Source: a virus. Taken from it: a stretch of 64,000 nucleotides of DNA. The stretch spans positions 779 to 64,778 of the IMG/VR virus record IMGVR_UViG_3300015063_000001. One strand, given 5' to 3'. Each line of letters starts with the position of its first letter. Positions within the stretch are counted from its first letter, which is position 1. Positions 63,401 through 64,000 of the stretch are shown piece after piece. A program made the translations under genes and the position numbers. Under the pieces are notes generated by a model, which saw nothing but the letters and a program-made list of their open reading frames with translations, did not search any database and was not told where the DNA came from.

Positions 63401-63520
63401 GGCAAAGGCCGCGATCGCATCGGCAAGGTGCACGCTATGACCGTGCCGCAGTTCCGCGCGTGGCTGAAACACGGCGATACAAAGCGGCCGTTCCGGCATG
63501 TGGAGACGGCCGAAACCTAA
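48416..63520 (+). CDS. giant (5034 aa) virion-associated polyvalent protein: Fic-like, zeta-toxin-like kinase, ddrB-ParB, N6-adenine methyltransferase plus SNF2 helicase (DarB-like, with intein), zincin metallopeptidase, InPase-like
   Basis: HFWTDGVGKTSK; GPPAAGKS; VESGNGR; EPAAGVG and NVPFG; HDVGTGKT and DEAH; RHEIVHH...EEAVA; PTEAQKHAGNY...DGDHVDCY. Confidence 0.92.
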   Translation: MASLDDSGDWEDVSSPTPPSGLSAAAPSPQPAAAPAQAKAPAAQVAGGDEWEDVPQWRGYLPVAASAVAQSAVSSTGSLLAGLPELSGDYNTKLLANLDRIDRGEKVPMADDPIGYQDMDPETRKHTRADVEAAKAAYKPQETMLYKAGHAIKEFGEKQFPMSLDEQKSITAQAAGVVGGMAPYLAAGAVLGPEAAVGLGMAGMGLSSAHEQAEAARAKNASPEAVAEAARMGFYSGAAAGAVPLHAVMTPVERLAPGIADWARARLQHAAQTGVAFATLGEAQTWLGQQIAQNFYDPEAGYSLDIQRVLGGLLGGAFLGGMGRTPYRGAEQPAAEKPNQHSDAIQDILGGEPPGPPAPPGAPAVEPGERRPYPAEDDVSILGGDRPTGVPNVDDYVDQSMRNLRATSRTVAGTLDTSSTPGKEEKLVDGLTPKAAATQAASNYEGIVRRLYDYKDDIPTTGPEMGTLVNDVAVAVNNGIVKPGQLERTTNTKFPMQTRAEDLPIAYGQFSQELAERLSNPAADPVETAAWIEWRANMLDHFWTDGVGKTSKALAAIPLMRSGLPLPIYPPMKDFVAFAKEQPRVDPLEGGAAYLGPAWEKFNAFYHDMVYPQKSLQAALDRGATADELSQHPMVLNAVAENSSRVPTGTPEDFQNPEWRSQRVYNISGQPVRGWDAAVSALTNQASAYSGGQVEHGRHAVIVLGPPAAGKSSISEPVARKYRAAIVDPDDAKKIIPEYHNGLGTSAVHEESSELAIDVLKNIARDGGNIVLPKVGASADGIKKLVNRLKQLGYTVDIAHVAATPEISARRNIARFLNTGRLVKPEYITEVGDKPRKTAYMLRGDANDFIDADTSKGHYELVEGNGPLADIFRDGRNFGQGADSGTGRALGRAESEKGLTGEQVPGIPEHRVTAADGTAIDVAPIVVEASSLRTSQDPGYDTSLQPRQRDRAASQAQVRDIATNLDPERLGYSAEADRGAPIVGPDGMVESGNGRVLALRSVYEQGGPQAQAYRDWLTRQGVDVSGYQNPVLVRKRVTPMSPQERRSFTVAANQASTLSMSAPERAMADARLMDARSIGLIRNAEDIGAPANRDFVRRFVSLLPQAEQGAMADARGALSAEGLARVRNAVLAKAYGDASVLARIAESTHDEVRSISNALTAAAPEWARMRSEVEAGRVRSDMDATPDLLEAVKRTADIRSRGEKLENYLAQQDAFDKMPAQVEAFMRMFYDPKGNRAAAAMRIARALRLYAQEAAKVNADEGLGLGLVPVKPRDITRLALEREWEDYEPDAGVSDRGGLGDRTGGEEAGRAVRGPWLGEGRKGSREEGYGGDQESAVRAQRPERPFSLKNLTTVPGVEQVDLAGGKKGDQYVFPGTEKISAAELMRRRAAEPMRPKVEQNTTASGLFGDGAQQLSLLDAARKAAAEPVDKGPIVPQIEGTEAANASRGEPESGGIRTGTQEVPGGKPAGRARRATPIGRPEQLSLFGGGAGERSVFDANDAVQKQPGNTEAPAPGASTSVTKPPEGSRRVGEARHNPPAVEGLNEAQTKIAQRSRSNYRITDADKIGEGGPRQKIRGNLEAIRILKTIEDENRDATPGEKAALVQYVGWGAFAQDMFAPHKTELKAERDTLRSLVTDEEFNAARGSTLNAHFTSPDVVRGMWDAINHLGYDGGMAIEPAAGVGHFIGMIPDKVAPKTAWTAVELDPLTGRIAKALYGNAEVNVHGFEDLKRPSNYYDLAISNVPFGNYNISEKPYGSFPIHDFFFVKSLDKVRPGGVVAFVTSRYSMDRVDANTRRLLGKTADLVGAIRLPGGNKGAFAGNAGTQVTTDVMFLRKKIPGEAPFPGANWFDLKEIQTPDGPTKINEYFADHPEMMLGEMRLQSTMYRDNEPVLIGDAEGLQDRIAAAAQNMPKGAFVARDTPPPPPIHGNDIAAGIKDGAFFLQDGKLHQRREGQGFAHPLNAEDHDRVTRLVGMRDVVNDLLATQLAGGENSAAQAEHGRAKLRDAYDAFVAKHGPINKEERTVTSRLNKLGEPVTITRYPNIAKFMADPDAWKVAAIENYDTETGKAKRADIQTKDVIDAPMERQINGPSDALAASLDFTGGVDLDHIAQSLNLQTQEDVVRHLGDLVYQNPDGRKWETADSYLSGDVVKKLDDARAIAAEDTSYMRNVSALEKVQPEPLTGSDITAQFGAPWVPGDVYESFLKEIGGQGVKVKLVPLTGEWRSSATMYSRDARAKYGTDRVETAKIVDAALNNRQITVWDEHSDGSKSVNEKSTTEARVKTELLKETFTGDQEHGIDGWVFADPERGQRLEAIYNRTYNNLVQRKFDGTHLTLPGLNPDFATRQHRKDAVWRIVQNGNTLLAHDVGTGKTATMIAAAMEQKRLGLINKPMMVVPNHMLEQFSREFIQAYPDAKILVAQKDEMTRENRKAFLARVASNDWDSVIITHDAFGRINMGQEFRRAFIRDQLDELDRAIKAEAAESDKKSPTVKSLEKAKKKLQGRLENLMNEERKDAGTNFEESGVDNLFIDEAHCFPYNTMVQTDRGPIKIGEIVERQLSVSVASIDHRTGRLIWNPIHNYWRHNRGNKQFVLVKTDKSDILCTVNHRVFVDGRGYVRADEIKPGEALRALPEAVCASVARQTWEYPEALLAPVCENGSQETSRKELRTVRRAVSVSQFWKDEQRQATVLRQSMCGVMADGAAWADGEVRADVGRFAEEMVGARIQGHDGVGIIKKNACRQPDVKRGYPAESQRVAERADFSISRRQRPADEAAVATAWLDRSSHGICNTDEASARSISESAAMLQGGFGGPGAQVGYRGGRQQPSFSEMEVSGPTQDRNTECARVVSVEILERGSDREPRTGGSEDSFVYDLGVAGEHNYFANGVLVHNSFKNLAFITRMQRVKGLAQGDSQRAEDLFLKIQYLEQKRPGRAAVFATGTPVSNTMAELWTMQRYLNLRALKERGLDTFDSWASTFGRVVNNMELSADGRTFKEVSSFSKFVNVPELVSLYSEIADTKTADMLKLPTPDVKTRSGAPGIEIVQAEPSSQEEAHIQKLVELAESLKGKRPEKGQPNMLSVVTEGRKVATDGRLISPDFDFNPQGKIALGVNNIHRIWEEGNADPSAPNKVQMVFLDMGVPKSKAAAKKKPADVDLEEGADPAQEAAPRIDLYADIKKRLVDAGIPAKEIAAIHDATDDDKKAKLFQKVRNGEVRVILGSSGKMGVGTNVQDKLIAMHHFDAPWKPADVTQRDGRIVRQGNKNKDVQIYRYVTKRSFDAFMWQKLDTKSKFIGQVLSGAKGSRHAEDIDNPLPEAAEMKAAASGDPRIIEHAELDRQVRALSAQRRSFDATKSRAQWETGTAKTRIQGYEDALPNAKADAASVQDLAGDKFSAELGGSVVTDRKVAGQAILDRLLAVDARTFYTPKIVTLGKLSGFDMNVELRGGWDGSSAILRAQPSLKGKSGYGTPNDTVINAQTDPGGLIRRFENILGNIRQNPDRLERELAGEKDSVAKLEKTLGETWPKENDYRAALDKLHALSESLKAPKHPDVFTEEVKERRGGWDQAEGRDMGPKLGETAVRIGAKTEAHIKPTERYTAAEKKIANAVAEIGQRMAPQADVRGAAALRQNGNQIWGAFVNSEAFPHLVAWSLEKGSPAQIAGTVRHEIVHHLREAGLIRPNEWAALRDAAVKDDWLGKHNIEDRYPDLSMDRKVEEAVAEQFSKWRTERSIEKPGLIRDAFQRIELLFRRVAAAARSFMGKDATANDVFTRIETGEVGARHSDQIEAQKRYLAQDNREAAQTPGEENRKRREFARGLPGAEPTIRDRIVQAADALRAKAAEFSEKIGVDQIVRDMQMRVAPMAARDATVQSRAIAKEFINARRQSRQSWNAADKYIMDNFPPERRKAMWDAADEQSVAMQRGRSTVGIGLDRLPPDERRVVEMLQARGERNLKDANDLGMIESEGLPSYAPRMVVRMAEGKYEHGAGPGAEVVRDVRTLALANARLEDAIAARRLINSIEEVGKRSGNPTVNDGGAPTRKIGAEGQIANVLDQIGRGVSTSTPQLKHRKYLTTEETEAAANKVPVADKNAPDWFTLNHPAFTKLMPRMTDSDPKTYRDAVKRVSGMTVENKQVPARDEDGNIIYDRKPIYVRADFEGPLRAVLSKDTDRTYRALMALKGKVMSVIMMSPLIHNQVEWGRALPVAPGKVVTFQTYLEGNKVANDPKLMNRAIAGGVVPIGGHGYMQDIVSIAEAPTVRPGRSLTAKGLGYGAEGLGYLTRLYNPRSGANEVRNAVDWFGNVWHNRMLWDRIRDLQMGLWSHVNETMVGKGYDPYSANVAAAHFANRYAGALPIEAMSGIARGIANVLLFSRSFTLGNLGAYKDAILGLPRDAQAMIQQNVGYAELQKVQSYVKRKSLAMLAIDAGLYYATLSALQSAFNVAGVGHTVSTLGGMIAGGALGGKGGTFGRLAAAAGMGAAGFGLASVLGASKGTRDLEDELGRYWTRFSDLLGRVGEHPFETIGNPFKMLESLGSTAENEPGKKSRLLIGYQPDGTAIYARLAVGKVTEELMGYMTEPNEMLHRKLSTFARPLSQLYNNDAGFGHPVYDKKADTPYAVTKNIIKIAALIVGDQIPVDTIKGAMDWYGGGPGSEVSGMKAIAPFIGTTISKGFPGGPELGVLQDAKDRQKYRVQEALPGIREQIKKGDTEGAVAKMEELHIPRGLQGYYIRTTQDPASRLSKREMHDFMQYASPDEQREYENTQRNRPTTDGSAPKRADGGKVEADYDTALTPDEEASFQQWKADNAPHDSGADYDLRGAFKAGLSPAADGHWDDTFKKPNHPTFSIYSKYAKDRPELAGTWNGDQYIPPVPARAHGGRVEAANINHNPTEAQKHAGNYAKDHVRIHGHDITIENAKGKRRHGVGQDGKPWSAVLGAHYGYFKKSEARDGDHVDCYLGPHIKSPHVFAIDQVDHRTGKYDEAKICLGFANEKQALRAYEAGFSDGKGRDRIGKVHAMTVPQFRAWLKHGDTKRPFRHVETAET
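50949..51113 (+). CDS. nested +1-frame ORF overlapping the end of the zeta domain (candidate antitoxin)
   Basis: SD AAGGGGAG before ATG 50949/50955; MQMTSLTPTHPKATTNSSKETGRSPTFSEMEEISDKAQIRALDELLAERNQKKD* (manual translation). Confidence 0.55.
   Translation: MQMTSLTPTHPKATTNSSKETGRSPTFSEMEEISDKAQIRALDELLAERNQKKD
52275..52469 (+). CDS. nested +1-frame ORF, small helical protein
   Basis: 53 of 64 codons end in G/C in this frame, versus about half in the host frame; GGAG upstream. Confidence 0.65.
   Translation: MNQMREFPTAAALVTARAAKKLAGQYGDLGLARAAKDLEKRAMEAIKNRQSVLSDQSAHSASKT
52746..53045 (+). CDS. nested +1-frame TnpV-like protein
   Basis: SD GGAGG with 6-nt spacer; Y...HKRFLEENRP...L..SGDL..YL..V.EQA...A.E.V..DII fits the TnpV pattern. 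Confidence 0.75.
   Translation: MQVAENPKAAAYAQEHKRFLEENRPDVLAGLRRSGDLNSYLSSVGEQASDLFLTLMMQYKNSPEIRKLPHLALVQALQSRRREADELVRHDIIHQPLKD
56015..57082 (+). mobile_element. class 1 intein (356 aa) inserted directly after the helicase DEAH motif
   Basis: Block A CFPYNTMV, block B CTVNH, block F VYDLGV...HNYFANG, block G VLVHN/S; removal restores IDEAH-SFKNL. Confidence 0.93.
56241..57074 (+). CDS. zinc-ribbon plus Vsr/DUF559-like endonuclease in the +1 frame, entirely inside the intein
   Basis: CALC, CSRQC, CELC, CGSPC; YKVDLAD...LAIEVDGNSH...DRRKTEILNALGWSVLRFSNEEV; alternative ATG starts at 56259 and 56271. Confidence 0.85.
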   Translation: MWMGEGMSGQMKSSRERLCALCQRPFVPASRGRLGNTQKHCSRQCAKTAAKKLVEKNCELCGEPFQFRSSGKTNNDKRRFCGSPCAASWRMAQPGRMEKSAPMWAASRKKWLEPEYKAMMASASSKRMLADNPMSNADIRQKVSVSLSGRTFLSRGGNGQPTKPQLLLHGLTGLPMEYAILTKPVHGRFQSLPQCYKVDLADPVRKLAIEVDGNSHRSRKWKFLDRRKTEILNALGWSVLRFSNEEVIANPELVVQKIASFMISASPASTIISPMES

Positions 63521-63615
63521 AACTGTGCCACGGACAGGGGTGCGGCCACGCGAGAAATAGGGTATTTGTCGGTTGTGATTCCGCGCCTTGTCCACCAGCG
63601 GTCAACGGGTAAATC

Positions 63616-64000
63616 GTGGCGATTTGGAAACCGATAGTCGGCCGATTTGTTGACCTCGCCGGATTTCAGGCGCACGTCGACGCGCTCAAATTCGACGGAT
63701 GGACGCCGGCCTTTGTCGTCGTCCACAACACCAGCGCGCCAACGCTGGCGAACTACGCAGAGTGGCGAGCGCATCCCGACAAGCACGGCAACTGGACGCC
63801 GGAGCAATGGGGCCGCAATCTCGCGAGCTATTATCAGGGGCAGGGCTGGAGCGCGGGGCCGCATGCGTTTGTCTGCCCGGACGGCATCCTGCTATTCACC
63901 CCATTTACGACGCCCGGCGTTCATTCGCCGTCCTGGAACCCCAGGACGTGGGGAGTCGAGACCGTCGGCGAGTTTGAGAGCGAGCAGTTTGATAACGGTG
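63616..64000 (+). CDS. endolysin, N-acetylmuramoyl-L-alanine amidase (partial, runs off the window)
   Basis: GTG start; VVVHNT, GWSAGPHAFV, GVHSPSWN, WGVETVGEF. Confidence 0.8.
   Translation, partial: MAIWKPIVGRFVDLAGFQAHVDALKFDGWTPAFVVVHNTSAPTLANYAEWRAHPDKHGNWTPEQWGRNLASYYQGQGWSAGPHAFVCPDGILLFTPFTTPGVHSPSWNPRTWGVETVGEFESEQFDNG

Noticed and set aside
1-64000. tRNA, rRNA, integrase or att sites, or stop-codon reassignment
   Set aside because: No cloverleaf or rRNA-like sequence recognised, no integrase in the window, and genes are full-length under the standard code.

Overview
The window is about 64 kb of a tailed dsDNA phage or prophage. It looks podovirus-like with P22-type architecture. 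The host is probably an alphaproteobacterium, inferred only from GC-rich codon usage and the protein families present. Nearly all genes are on the + strand, in this order: an IS1-family element; terminase small subunit; about 8 kb of small accessory genes, three of them behind a shared promoter/operator; peptide deformylase; terminase large subunit; portal; GroES-like protein; scaffold; a solo TnpB; capsid genes; head-tail adaptors; fibres and a tailspike; tail nozzle; ejection proteins; a 5034-aa polyvalent protein; and the start of an amidase endolysin. The polyvalent protein carries Fic-like, zeta-toxin-like kinase, ddrB-ParB, DarB-like methyltransferase plus SNF2 helicase, zincin and inorganic-pyrophosphatase-like domains. 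Eight free-standing homing endonuclease genes (HEGs) are scattered through the genome. The most striking observations are: (1) the giant gene contains at least four nested genes, all in its +1 frame, including a TnpV-like gene with a perfect Shine-Dalgarno (SD) site and a candidate antitoxin overlapping the end of the zeta domain; (2) an intein in the helicase DEAH motif whose homing endonuclease is encoded in a different frame from the intein; (3) a small protein after terL that copies the major capsid N-terminus, conserved as protein but not as DNA; (4) a basic-A-x-G-G motif shared by six head and ejection proteins and sitting at module junctions; (5) tail-region proteins with Sec-type signal peptides. 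Family assignments come from motif recognition by eye. No database search was run, so novelty is unverified.
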